This document shows positions 26,643-36,644 of a DNA stretch of 40,822 bases, piece by piece (the stretch's first letter is position 1; every line of letters begins with the position of its first letter). The translations under genes were made by a program, and so were the position numbers. The notes under the pieces are model-generated. The model did no database searches, was not told the DNA's origin, and worked only from the letters and a program-made list of their open reading frames with translations. The stretch comes from a virus. Its lineage: Duplodnaviria; Caudoviricetes. The stretch spans positions 1 through 40,822 of IMG/VR virus record IMGVR_UViG_3300020235_000102, one strand, 5' to 3'.

Positions 26643-28396
26643 TAGTCTGGACCCGGAATTGAATTTTGAAATTGATGGTATAAAGGATCGTCTGGCTCCA
26701 ACATCATTCTTTGATCAGCCGGGGGTACGCCCTGACCCTGATAAAATTGGCCATATAACTGCGATATTTGATTAGTCCGGGCTGGACCAAGAATGGCCAT
26801 ATTGTCTGAGAACCACAATAGGAAGTCCTGCTGTTGAGAACGAGTAAAGATACGTTCTCTCTTGTCCTCTGTCATAAAAGGTGCGGCCTGTGGTACTAGC
26901 TCTAAAAAGCGGGCATTTATGCCGTTCGAAAAGTTCCGTGGGTCATAGACATCCTTATTCGAGTTTACAAAATCATTCGGCTTGGCATCAATACCATACT
27001 GTTGCATGTAATTATCCAGCGATAACTTAAACGCAATAGCCGCTTCTATTTGATTCTGATTGCCACCAAGTGCCGCGACAATTTGGCCTTCTAAATCGTA
27101 CTTGGATCGCGTCCACAGGAACAAGGAGCCAAGAGCATCCTTATACCCCAAATCGTCTAGCGATGCCTTAACCGCTGCATTGATTTCCTTATTCAGGATA
27201 TTGGCATCTGTACCACTAATCCATGGTGCCCTACCAGAGGGTGTGCCATTCGGATTAAGACCCATAGACCCATTGATGACTATAAGTTTTAGTAAATTGG
27301 CCTTGTCTATAAGGCGCATGTGGCCCTCGCCCCCAACAAACTGGAGCCTTGATATCTCAAGCCGATATCTACTCAACGTCCATTCATCACTAGCTTTGGT
27401 GGCAGGGCCAGCGGCTATGGCGTTCTTGAAACGCCAACCATCTGATTGAGTAATATCTTGTGATCTGACTGCATCATTCACACGCTCGGCATCAAGTCCA
27501 ACAGGGCCATGATAATCTGCAAACATATCATCAGAATTACGCTCTTGCCGTTCAATATCCGCAGCTTTAAAATCTCTACGCCTTGCGTCCATTTGGCCCG
27601 ACATAGTGCGCATTTGATCTGGTGACATACGATTTCCGTTGGTCCACATTTGCTCCTCAATCTGATCAATCTGATCAAGAGAAGTAGCGGCTAATATAGC
27701 ATTCTGTACATCCATCTGATCAATTCTTGGCCCTAATGCGGATAATTGGTTTTCGACCCACACTGGGTTTTGGCCAAGGATAAATTGACGTGCAATTATC
27801 TCTTTAGCCTGAGACTCCCGAATATTGCTGGGAGCATTTGAGGATATGATACCCTCAATAGCACGTTCTGCTTGAGCCTGACCGTAGGCTTTAGACCGAG
27901 CAGCATTGGCCTTGGCAATAGCCAAAGTTCCGGGGGCTACATACCGTTCGATCATTTCAGTCATCCATTTCGCACGAGCCTCTGGATTTACAATGGTACT
28001 CGCATGTTGACTAAGAATCTCTGCTACGCCTTGATCCCACATTTGCTCCGAAACTTCATGAGTAAATATCCGGGGATTTGTAACCGTGTCACGTTCACCC
28101 GCTTCATTAAGCGCCAGCATTTCGTCAGAATATTCAATACCCTCCGGAATTTCATTCAGATCAAGCATATTCTCATTTACTAACTTAGCTCGAAGTTTAG
28201 ATATTTCTTGGGCTGCAGTCCCAGTGGCCTCATCAATTTTAGCCACATCAGCCTCACCCTGCATCGCATCAACAAGACTGATCCCCGCGTCAAGAAGTCC
28301 TTGCGCAGCTTGGCCTACCCTCTGATAATTGGGCTGTTGAATATTGCCCGAGGCAAATTCACCTACAGGCTGTTGTACGATATCAGGTAACTTCAT
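26642..28396 (-). CDS. Internal virion protein
   Basis: 584-aa helical protein between the gp14-like gene and the giant ejection protein. Confidence 0.7.
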   Translation of the reverse strand: MKLPDIVQQPVGEFASGNIQQPNYQRVGQAAQGLLDAGISLVDAMQGEADVAKIDEATGTAAQEISKLRAKLVNENMLDLNEIPEGIEYSDEMLALNEAGERDTVTNPRIFTHEVSEQMWDQGVAEILSQHASTIVNPEARAKWMTEMIERYVAPGTLAIAKANAARSKAYGQAQAERAIEGIISSNAPSNIRESQAKEIIARQFILGQNPVWVENQLSALGPRIDQMDVQNAILAATSLDQIDQIEEQMWTNGNRMSPDQMRTMSGQMDARRRDFKAADIERQERNSDDMFADYHGPVGLDAERVNDAVRSQDITQSDGWRFKNAIAAGPATKASDEWTLSRYRLEISRLQFVGGEGHMRLIDKANLLKLIVINGSMGLNPNGTPSGRAPWISGTDANILNKEINAAVKASLDDLGYKDALGSLFLWTRSKYDLEGQIVAALGGNQNQIEAAIAFKLSLDNYMQQYGIDAKPNDFVNSNKDVYDPRNFSNGINARFLELVPQAAPFMTEDKRERIFTRSQQQDFLLWFSDNMAILGPARTNQISQLYGQFYQGQGVPPADQRMMLEPDDPLYHQFQNSIPGPD

Positions 28397-28794
28397 CCTT
28401 TCATACCATAAACAGATGAAGCAGTATTAAGGCCACCAATAACGGCACCCAATCTATTAGCATCTGCAGTAACACCCGCACTCTTAATACCGAGCCTTCT
28501 CGCCCTTTCACTGTAAGCTTTCATCCAATCAAGTTCCTTCTTGAATTCTTGGCTCATTGTGTCAATAAACCCTTGAGCACTGGACCCACCAGTGTGCCTA
28601 ACACCGGAAGCTTGGCTCTTGGCTACAGCTACACCGAGTACCTGTCCCTGAGTGAATTTACGCCGACGAATTTTCTCAAGGTTATCCTCATACGCAAGTC
28701 CCACTCGCTCTATATCCACGTCTTCTTGTTTGCCGGCACCGAATAGTCCCATACCCGCGCTAAATATACCCGCTGCTGCCGCTACCCATCCCAT
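28393..28794 (-). CDS. Internal virion protein (T7 gp14-like position)
   Basis: MGWVAAAAGIFSAGMGLFG N-terminus; QASGV...GSS motif. Confidence 0.75.
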   Translation of the reverse strand: MGWVAAAAGIFSAGMGLFGAGKQEDVDIERVGLAYEDNLEKIRRRKFTQGQVLGVAVAKSQASGVRHTGGSSAQGFIDTMSQEFKKELDWMKAYSERARRLGIKSAGVTADANRLGAVIGGLNTASSVYGMKG

Positions 28795-29405
28795 TATCTT
28801 GTCCTCGGTCCAGTTAGCCTATTGCTTCTAGCAATTTCCGTCCTACCCTGACTTCCGTCAGAGTACCGAGCGTCAGCCAATTTGTCTTGATACATTAACT
28901 CCATCTGCTCAAACATTCTACGGTTCTCTGTAAATGTCATACAGGTGTCGGCAGCTAAACGTGCAGCAAACGCATGAACGAAAGGAGCTGGATATTGATC
29001 GGTATTCGTGTTGCGAAAGATGAAATGACACCAGATAATTTCTTCACGGGCAATTATATATTTACCCTCTTTGACCCACTTGGCGTTCCGGAAATTGGAG
29101 TCTTGAATTTGAATACCTATGAAGGTCCCGCCGCCAGTGGGTCTATAAACCCTGAATACCCTAAGCACATCAGTTGGAATTAGGAACTTAAACCCCTCCC
29201 CGAATGCTGGTTCCTCTGAAATGGGGGACAATATTTCCCGACGTAAGGCAAAGGTCCAAGCGGTATCAGCCAATATCTTGTCCCGGGATGGGCCAAAATT
29301 GGCTTTCATGACCTTTGCTTCGGTTTGGCTATCATCCAGATCATTGATCTGATTTTGCCCAAGCCACGACAGCGCTAGATTTGCAATTCCCACTTGATTA
29401 GTCAT
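28794..29405 (-). CDS. Tail tubular protein A/adaptor
   Basis: IANLALSWLG...INDLDD...WTFALRR...IPTDVLR...FVHAFAARLA. Confidence 0.88.
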   Translation of the reverse strand: MTNQVGIANLALSWLGQNQINDLDDSQTEAKVMKANFGPSRDKILADTAWTFALRREILSPISEEPAFGEGFKFLIPTDVLRVFRVYRPTGGGTFIGIQIQDSNFRNAKWVKEGKYIIAREEIIWCHFIFRNTNTDQYPAPFVHAFAARLAADTCMTFTENRRMFEQMELMYQDKLADARYSDGSQGRTEIARSNRLTGPRTR

Positions 29406-31846
29406 TAGACTTCCGTACTGGTTACCTTGCCAAATATGGCGGTTATTTCCGTTCGAAGCGGCTTATCCTGTGTTATAAACAAATCACCTTCACCTGATCC
29501 AAGATCAACAACATCAACATCACCCGTGATAAATGGTTCACCTACCCCCATTGGGGAAGAAGGGGTACGATCCTTTGGAAATTGGCCTTCAACGAGCGGT
29601 ATAGCTGAGTTATTCAATCGAAGAAATACCTTATTCCATCGACGCTTGCTTACTTGTGACGTACCACGATTCGATACGCCTTCAAGTGACAACAATTGAA
29701 TGTCATTCTCAAAGAAATGCCCAAAATATGCGCTGGAGCCGAATGCCCATTCTTCTAGCGGCTCAGAATCCCCTGCGGTTATCAAAACACTGGGGTGAAC
29801 AGTATATCCAATACCAAACGGTGCTACTGGGTCTTGCCTTTCAACCACCACATTCACAGTTTGATCATCAAGATGATCTAACCCAGTAGCAATACCCGTA
29901 ACCTCGTCTACACCCGTAAGTTTACAAGCATCCAATGTCGCTATAAGCCCCGAATTAAATGCTAATACCTCATATGCAACATTAGCAGTATTGACGAATC
30001 CAACCCGATTCACAATCATAACGAGCTTATTACCCAAAGAAGTGTTGATTGAAGTAATATCCATTATTTTGTTAATGGGTTGTGTAACAGAACCATTATT
30101 CGCTGTAATTAATTTCCAAAACCCAATCACGCTCTCAGGGTAATAATACGTGGCCATGGCCAACGAACCATCAGTCAACAAGAAACAAGCTTGATATGAG
30201 GGTTCATCAAGGTACACTACCCTCCTAACAGGGCTATTAAAAAATTCTTCAACTAATAGGGATATTTCTTTCCCATCCCACCCAAAATTAGTGCCACCTT
30301 CATCTGCAAAAGTTCTAATTTTTTTGCGACTATTTGAGGTATACATCATTTCACGGCCAACTACAAGCGGTTGAACGCAATTAGAACCCCAATCAGTCTG
30401 TTTAGGGAAAGAGAAATCATCAAATGCAATAACACCCAAATCCGATGTACCAATTACTTCTGATATATCAGTATTAATAACCAATTCTTTCCGACTGGTT
30501 AACGTCTGAATACGACCAGCAGACGATAATGGGAATTCGTATGGATCGTCCTTGGAATTAGGAGCAGATGCATCAAAATCGGCATAGTTCCCGGACCGGG
30601 ACCCCCACACTGTGGCAGGTTCATTAAGAGTAGCCGCTAAAACTAGCCTACCCTCATGAAGGGCACAAGCTGCTGGGAAATTGCCCGAAACCCAGACATT
30701 TCCAACAGGTGCCACAAATGGGTCAGGGTCTATTACCGCTGATAAATCCTCTAATGTCCATTCACCCAAAGCATTTCGTAATCTTTGAGTTTCCACTTCT
30801 GGGTGGGTTAAATAGGCCATTTTCTCGCCGGGGTCCACACAAAATTGAAGACACTCTAACTGATCACTGGTATATGGGGATGCAAAAGTTGCATCGCTAC
30901 CCGAACCACCAGCTAATGGAATTTTAAAACTACTTACCCCTACATCGAACATGATATCGACAATAGTAGTAAATGTTCTAAAAATAGGACTTAAATCCGG
31001 AATTGTGAGCGGACCTATATACGCTATACCGACTGTCAACCAAAGGGTATTATTTCCGCCACCCGGTATAAAATTAAAGGTGTGATCCGAAAACTCATTG
31101 TTAACGGCTATGGTGATATCAGTAGTAAATACATCCCCCGGAATTTGCTTTCCGGGGAGAGATGCAACTTCCACCCGTACTACTACGTCGTCTAGTGGCA
31201 AATCGCCCAATAAAGTTAATTGATTCGCACTAAAATTGGTACGCCACCGGACTTTTAATTCCGCTAGATTTGTTTCCGCACCGGCAGGGATAGTAATCGA
31301 TGGTACATTTCGTAAAGCCGCACCTTTCGCTCCTTCAGGACTATCATCGATTAATAACGACATTCTCCAGTAAGCATCTTCAGTGCCTTTGTTAAAAGGA
31401 CCCAAGAGTACTGACGAAACACTCGGCTCGGTAAGGTATATATTTTGAGTGACAGCTATAATAAAATTCGCAAATTGTCCCGCATATAGGTTATCAACGA
31501 TCAATTCGTCAGAAACACCGCCTACGATTACAGTACCATCCATCGAATTCTTTAATGTAATATTGGATTCACCAACCTCAACAAGAATGTCATTATCTAT
31601 CCCGAACGGGAAAGTAAACACACGGATACCACTTATCGCTGGATCATCGTCCACCCAATTATCATCGTCAACTTCGGCAATCCACTTACTGCCTTCTCTT
31701 AACTTTATTGGCCCTTGAATCTGGGGAACCCAATTTCTGGCCCTTTTAAGACCAGATTGGTACGCAGGCGAAGTTGTACGACCACGAAGTTTCTCGCCAA
31801 TTTCACCAGCCGAGAAAGATTCTTGTATGGGTGATACACGTGGCAT
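29405..31846 (-). CDS. Tail tubular protein B/nozzle
   Basis: IQESFSAGEI...YQSGLKRARN...QGPIKLREG; HEGRLVLA; WGSRSGNYADF. Confidence 0.88.
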   Translation of the reverse strand: MPRVSPIQESFSAGEIGEKLRGRTTSPAYQSGLKRARNWVPQIQGPIKLREGSKWIAEVDDDNWVDDDPAISGIRVFTFPFGIDNDILVEVGESNITLKNSMDGTVIVGGVSDELIVDNLYAGQFANFIIAVTQNIYLTEPSVSSVLLGPFNKGTEDAYWRMSLLIDDSPEGAKGAALRNVPSITIPAGAETNLAELKVRWRTNFSANQLTLLGDLPLDDVVVRVEVASLPGKQIPGDVFTTDITIAVNNEFSDHTFNFIPGGGNNTLWLTVGIAYIGPLTIPDLSPIFRTFTTIVDIMFDVGVSSFKIPLAGGSGSDATFASPYTSDQLECLQFCVDPGEKMAYLTHPEVETQRLRNALGEWTLEDLSAVIDPDPFVAPVGNVWVSGNFPAACALHEGRLVLAATLNEPATVWGSRSGNYADFDASAPNSKDDPYEFPLSSAGRIQTLTSRKELVINTDISEVIGTSDLGVIAFDDFSFPKQTDWGSNCVQPLVVGREMMYTSNSRKKIRTFADEGGTNFGWDGKEISLLVEEFFNSPVRRVVYLDEPSYQACFLLTDGSLAMATYYYPESVIGFWKLITANNGSVTQPINKIMDITSINTSLGNKLVMIVNRVGFVNTANVAYEVLAFNSGLIATLDACKLTGVDEVTGIATGLDHLDDQTVNVVVERQDPVAPFGIGYTVHPSVLITAGDSEPLEEWAFGSSAYFGHFFENDIQLLSLEGVSNRGTSQVSKRRWNKVFLRLNNSAIPLVEGQFPKDRTPSSPMGVGEPFITGDVDVVDLGSGEGDLFITQDKPLRTEITAIFGKVTSTEV

Positions 31847-32235
31847 TATTGAGCGTCGATATTAGCTTTCAAAGCCGCGTTCACTTGCGCAGCAGTACGG
31901 TCGGGGAGTGAATGTAGGCTACGAAGAATATTGAACTCGTTAGGGAGCAGTTCCACTATCGCCCTCACAACTCGCTCAACATCAACTTGATTTTTGGCCG
32001 TCGCCTTCTGGCTATCACTCGTCGCTGTGGCAATATCGGTGTCAATCGTGGATTGTTCTCCCCCTGTTGCAAGTCTTACTGTATCGCTTGCAGGAGGATC
32101 AATAACCCAATACTTCACAGGTTGTCCGGTAACAGCGGATAAATCTGGATTGATAATCCAATCAGCAATGTCAAAGTTCGGTGTGTTCACCGACTGTATG
32201 AATTGGCCTGTAGTTCTGTTAAGTACATCACTCAT
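31846..32235 (-). CDS. Tail-fibre-associated hypothetical protein
   Basis: SVNTP...WIINPDLSAV motif; coupled to both neighbours. Confidence 0.65.
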   Translation of the reverse strand: MSDVLNRTTGQFIQSVNTPNFDIADWIINPDLSAVTGQPVKYWVIDPPASDTVRLATGGEQSTIDTDIATATSDSQKATAKNQVDVERVVRAIVELLPNEFNILRSLHSLPDRTAAQVNAALKANIDAQ

Positions 32236-32924
32236 CTTAAAATCCCTTCAATGTAGGTTGGTGTCCCTAATGGATCACCGTTAAATTGCCCACTGCCAAA
32301 GTCTTTTATTGATCCAGTTACGGTTGCCGTTTGTCCCGGTGCTTTTTCAGCTTGTGTCCAGCGATGCAATAAACCGAAAACAATATTATCCTTGCCAAGC
32401 AATACCAGCATGGTTTGTAATTCTGCAAGCGAAAGCGCACGATCATAAACTCGCGTATCGTCAATTGACCCATCCAATTCTCGCTCAGGTGTGCTGCTAA
32501 CAATAACTGCTGCGAGTGCGGTTGCTTTCGTGTTAGTAACGATGTCTCCGGTTTGTGCGCCTATGCCTTCTTGCACCGCATTAAAAAATACTCTTATATT
32601 CGCGCCGTCATAAGTAACTGCCCAAAATGTCCAAACCCCATTGGGAAAAACGCTTGTACCATCTACCGTTATGATGCCAGCGCTTGTATTGATAACTCCG
32701 CGTATTGCATTCGGTGCATCAGTATCCTCAATTTGCGCCGCCCACACTTTGCTGCTATTGCTGAAGCCGCTGCCTTTGGCAATTAACTGCGCTTCGTCGC
32801 CGCTATCTTGACTGGTAGGGTTTACCCATCCGGTCATTGACATAGCGCCTGTTGCCGCTGGCACGTTTAACTCGCCCAGTTCAATGGCGCGGTCTGCCGC
32901 AATGCCGGGGAAGTCCAGACTCAT
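32232..32924 (-). CDS. LamG/ConA-like jellyroll domain protein
   Basis: SMTGWV...WTFWAVTYDG...LDGSIDDTRVYDRALS. Confidence 0.88.
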   Translation of the reverse strand: MSLDFPGIAADRAIELGELNVPAATGAMSMTGWVNPTSQDSGDEAQLIAKGSGFSNSSKVWAAQIEDTDAPNAIRGVINTSAGIITVDGTSVFPNGVWTFWAVTYDGANIRVFFNAVQEGIGAQTGDIVTNTKATALAAVIVSSTPERELDGSIDDTRVYDRALSLAELQTMLVLLGKDNIVFGLLHRWTQAEKAPGQTATVTGSIKDFGSGQFNGDPLGTPTYIEGILR

Positions 32925-35299
32925 GTAAAGCTCACTTTCAGATTTGCAAGAATCCAGTCACCCGTTAAGTCTGAGCCTCCAGTTGGAGCGACTCGCACCA
33001 ACTCGAACTGAGTAAGTTCTCCAGCAGTTATGCCAAGCGTTGCCAGCGTGACACTCTGCGAGTCTTCTTGGAAGAACTCGTTAGTGGTGAAGTTAAGATC
33101 GGTCAACTGTGTTGCTGAACTCCACGCCTGAACTGCCGCATTGTCTGGTATACCACGGTTATAGATGTCAAGCCCAACAGTAACTGCTCCACCCGGAGTT
33201 GTCTCCGCTCTTGACCTAAAAGCAAAGACAATATTCGTTGCACCAGCAGGAACCTCAAATTGGAATCCAACACCTTCTTCAGCCGTATCATCAAACGCTC
33301 TTACAGTCAGTCCGTTATTGTTACTATCAGCGACCGCAGGAGCAAGTGCATTAACTGTCCAGTCAGCATTATTTGGATTCTCAAGTATGAGCGGCGAGAA
33401 CTGGAACTCAGGTAAGCCGCCACCGCCACCCGGAGTCGGTGACGCATTAAAAAGTACATCCCAATTCGTAGCATCGCGCCCTATGAATACTCCAACCGCT
33501 CCAGCACCTATAGTGATCGACGTATCAACTCCAGCACCAAGATCATCCCCAGATGCTGGGAACAATTGAAGGTCGTTAGCTCCGTTGTTGATAACAACAA
33601 GTCGCACTCCCCCCACTACTACGAACGCAGTAAGCGCGTCACCTGAATTCGCTACTGTTGAAATCTCATTATAAGAACTGAGCAGATCGAGTCCGCCTGC
33701 TTGGGTCTGCGTAACACTCGCGGTCAACCCAACTTGGTTCTCATTAGTCTGGATAATGTGACTAGAAAGCTCTGCCAAACGTAGAGCTTCAATTCCGCCA
33801 ACAGGGAAAGTGAGTATATCTAGGCCAGCAGAAGCAAGACCTGTATTCGGGTCAGACCTTCTCGGAATAAATCCCGGAACCAAAGCACTCGCAGCCCCAC
33901 TCTCTATTTTGGGACCTGTTCCCGGCGCAGCAGCAAACGCAGTTGCCTCCCAAAACCATCTTTGAGTACCCGCTATAACCACCCCAAGATTATCGTCTAT
34001 GCCTTCATTGAACCCTGTGTCACCATCACCCCATGCCAGTGACGGAAGCGCCGGACTACCGAGTAACGCTCCCGGTGAAATAATGAATTGATCTTCCGCC
34101 GCTTCTACTGCACGAGCAATTTCCACTCCGCCAGCAGCAAGTCCAAGAACATCGGCACCGGTATTAAAGAAACCTGTATCGGAGTCCCCAGAGAAACTGT
34201 AAGTCGGGTTTGCGACTGAACCAGCATTGAGCAATAGTGGGTCAGGGACACTACCACTACCAACAAATGTTGCGATTTGATCCATCGTGGCTTCTGAAAG
34301 AACACCACCATCATTAAGGATTACTGTGTCGGCTCCAGCAAGTGCACCAGCCGGAGGTTGATCAGTAACCGCTGTAATATCGAGCGCCAATGCGCCAGAA
34401 CCTGTGACCTGACCCGTATGCGTTGCGTTCGTAACCTTGGCAGTATTAGCCGTGACGGATGCATTATTGCCAACTTCGGTGTCGAAGTCGCTGATCTGCG
34501 ATGCCGGGATTGAAATCGCAGCTTGTGCAAAATGCTCAGAGGTAAGGAAATTTAAAAGTGCGTCATGGTCGATTGCAGCCTCATGTTGCGTAACAGCACT
34601 TTCAGGTACATTCGCGTCCGGAATATTGGCCCAGACAACAGCAGCGGACAGATCGTTCGCTTCTGTTAGCAAGTATGCCTGCAGATCGCTGATCTGGCTC
34701 TCGGTGATCGTCAAGGCGGCTTCATGTTGGGTAACTGCGCTCTCGGGTACATTCGCATCCGGAATATTGGCCCAGACAACAGCGGCACTGAGGTCATTGA
34801 TTTCTACGAAACCAACAGCCCCACCGATTTGTAGGGCAACCAAGCATCTAGCATTATTAGCGTGAAGGTCCCCACTGGCTTCAACTGTGCCTACAATGGT
34901 GAACCAGCCCGTATTGTCTGTGATGGGCGCACTTACATTAAATACCATAAACTCAGCAGAATCACCCCGGGTCTGAATGTACAGCCTGTCGCCTGTAGTA
35001 ATAAGGCCAAGGAGATTGGAAATATCAGTGCCGTTACTAGTAAGATCATCAATAAAGATATTAGTTACGGATGCTGGAGTCGCATTGTTATAGCGAAACT
35101 TGCCCGAGCCGGGGTCCGCTGCCACAATACTAGTGTCAAACCGATACTCTGCGGTAAGTAAGCCTCCGCCTCCACCACCCGCATTAAGTATCTGGGCAAG
35201 GCTAGTACGCTTACTTGCCCCGCCTTGATTCGTTGCATACTCGTCAGTTTCTGCTAGGGTTACTACCGCAGGAGCGCCAGAAATTTTAAGGTCGGCCAT
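32921..35299 (-). CDS. Tail fibre / receptor-binding protein, 792 aa
   Basis: MADLKIS start; ADPGSGKFRYNN and GSVANPTYSFSGDSDTGFF fibre motifs; internal repeat. Confidence 0.85.
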   Translation of the reverse strand: MADLKISGAPAVVTLAETDEYATNQGGASKRTSLAQILNAGGGGGGLLTAEYRFDTSIVAADPGSGKFRYNNATPASVTNIFIDDLTSNGTDISNLLGLITTGDRLYIQTRGDSAEFMVFNVSAPITDNTGWFTIVGTVEASGDLHANNARCLVALQIGGAVGFVEINDLSAAVVWANIPDANVPESAVTQHEAALTITESQISDLQAYLLTEANDLSAAVVWANIPDANVPESAVTQHEAAIDHDALLNFLTSEHFAQAAISIPASQISDFDTEVGNNASVTANTAKVTNATHTGQVTGSGALALDITAVTDQPPAGALAGADTVILNDGGVLSEATMDQIATFVGSGSVPDPLLLNAGSVANPTYSFSGDSDTGFFNTGADVLGLAAGGVEIARAVEAAEDQFIISPGALLGSPALPSLAWGDGDTGFNEGIDDNLGVVIAGTQRWFWEATAFAAAPGTGPKIESGAASALVPGFIPRRSDPNTGLASAGLDILTFPVGGIEALRLAELSSHIIQTNENQVGLTASVTQTQAGGLDLLSSYNEISTVANSGDALTAFVVVGGVRLVVINNGANDLQLFPASGDDLGAGVDTSITIGAGAVGVFIGRDATNWDVLFNASPTPGGGGGLPEFQFSPLILENPNNADWTVNALAPAVADSNNNGLTVRAFDDTAEEGVGFQFEVPAGATNIVFAFRSRAETTPGGAVTVGLDIYNRGIPDNAAVQAWSSATQLTDLNFTTNEFFQEDSQSVTLATLGITAGELTQFELVRVAPTGGSDLTGDWILANLKVSFT

Positions 35300-35305
35300 G
35301 GTTTA

Positions 35306-35665
35306 TTACTCCGTTAACCAGACGCCGCCACTTTCAGTGGCCCATGCGTCAGTGTTCTCTTCAAGTTGCCAGTTATCCACAGCGGGGCCACCACCAAAAG
35401 AACCACCAGCTTCCCAAAATTGTTTTAACTGATCATTTAAAGCGCCCGTAAAGCCATTAGCAGCTAATACTGTGCGCCACATATCATTAACATGCCCGGG
35501 AGCCGCACCCTGAGCAATAAGCATAGAACGGATACGGTCATTGAGTGTAAGACCACTACCACCCTGCGTCAATGCCCATGCAAATAGCAGGTCATTAGTG
35601 GTGGGAGGTACTAAGGGCAATTGTGCCCGTAGCGCCTCGAAACGCACATCGGAAATGTGGGGCAT
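35306..35665 (-). CDS. Virion protein with C-terminal (W/L)xxExG docking-type motif
   Basis: Three short ND-containing helical repeats and a DNWQLEENTDAWATESGGVWLTE tail, directly upstream of the fibre gene. Confidence 0.65.
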   Translation of the reverse strand: MPHISDVRFEALRAQLPLVPPTTNDLLFAWALTQGGSGLTLNDRIRSMLIAQGAAPGHVNDMWRTVLAANGFTGALNDQLKQFWEAGGSFGGGPAVDNWQLEENTDAWATESGGVWLTE

Positions 35666-35796
35666 TAGTAACCCCTAGGTGACCGCATAAGTCTCGATCG
35701 TTTCTTAATCTTCGACCGTTTTGCCATCTTCGACCGTTTCTTGATCTTCGACCGTTTCGGTCGGGCCTTCATCTTGCTTCCCTTGTGGTACGGCAT
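35665..35796 (-). CDS. 43-aa protamine-like basic peptide (MPYHKGSKMKARPKRSKIKKRSK...)
   Basis: GAGGAG 7 nt before ATG; stop is TAATG-coupled to the next gene. Confidence 0.65.
   Translation of the reverse strand: MPYHKGSKMKARPKRSKIKKRSKMAKRSKIKKRSRLMRSPRGY
35690..35761. repeat. 18-bp tandem repeat (core ATCTTCGACCGTTT), 3 copies plus 1 degenerate
   Basis: Cores at 35708, 35726 and 35744; degenerate copy at about 35690. Confidence 0.85.
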
Positions 35797-36040
35797 CAGT
35801 TGGCTCCTCATATCTGGCCAGTTTAGCGGCCAATTCAGCGTTCTGCACTCGAAGGGCTTGCACTTCCTCATTCTCTTCGACAGCGAGGATTATCTCTGGT
35901 CTGCCTTCAAGGTGAGCCAGTATCTTCTCCAAGGATTGATCCGTCATTTGGATCATCTTGGCAATTTGACTGGGTAATGTACCCTCTTTATGCAACCGTT
36001 TAATTCTGGCGAACTGTCTTGCGTTTGCTCCGACTCTCAT
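35705..36040 (-). CDS. Hypothetical protein with possible HTH and coiled coil
   Basis: AAGGAG RBS before ATG 36040; IKRLHKEGTLPSQIAKMIQMT is HTH-like. Confidence 0.7.
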   Translation of the reverse strand: MRVGANARQFARIKRLHKEGTLPSQIAKMIQMTDQSLEKILAHLEGRPEIILAVEENEEVQALRVQNAELAAKLARYEEPTDAVPQGKQDEGPTETVEDQETVEDGKTVED

Positions 36041-36083
36041 TGGAGTTCTCTCCTTATTATGGATGTACTTTGGAAACATTTTA

Positions 36084-36578
36084 CTACGGGGAAACAGCCG
36101 GTGCTGCAAGCGTCTCCCTAATGAAATCCTGAACCTTTCTGGCCCAAACATTTCGGTTAGTTGAGGAACCAAAACCACCCATACCAGACTCATTTGAACC
36201 GCCTGAATCGGCGCTTGGTGCACCGGAGAGTGGAATATTATAAGAAATCCGAAACCCATCTTCGGTAATGGCAGGTGCGACAGCAGCGTTACCAACTACC
36301 ACATCGCCTTTAACAGCGGGTACTGCGGCGAGGGTTGCAAAATCAGTGGCTAACGTGCCATCTGGCCATTGTGCTTCCCGCAGAACATCGATCATCTGTT
36401 GGAGCGCACGTTCAATCAGCCGCCGAAACTCGGAACTTCCAGCAACCCACAAATTATCGCCAACTTCAACGACAAACTCACCCGCACTGGGGGCAAGGGT
36501 AGCGGTTAGATCACCACCGTCAGTAGCAATCTCAGACTTATTAAAGTCCGAATCTGATACAGTAAATCTTGTACTCAC
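36084..36578 (-). CDS. Putative capsid-associated protein
   Basis: AAGGAG RBS before GTG 36578; lies directly after the capsid gene. Confidence 0.65.
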   Translation of the reverse strand: MSTRFTVSDSDFNKSEIATDGGDLTATLAPSAGEFVVEVGDNLWVAGSSEFRRLIERALQQMIDVLREAQWPDGTLATDFATLAAVPAVKGDVVVGNAAVAPAITEDGFRISYNIPLSGAPSADSGGSNESGMGGFGSSTNRNVWARKVQDFIRETLAAPAVSP

Positions 36579-36590
36579 GATTTTCTCCTT

Positions 36591-36618
36591 AAAAAAGGGG
36601 TCCCGATACCGGGACCCC
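36591..36618 (-). terminator. Rho-independent terminator after the major capsid gene
   Basis: Minus strand GGGGTCCCG-GTAT-CGGGACCCC-TTTTTT. Confidence 0.85.
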
Positions 36619-36644
36619 AACTCACACTTCGCCAGAAGTACGGG

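Noticed and set aside
35690-35761. CRISPR-like array
   Set aside because: The period is 18 bp with no unique spacers, and it lies in coding sequence.
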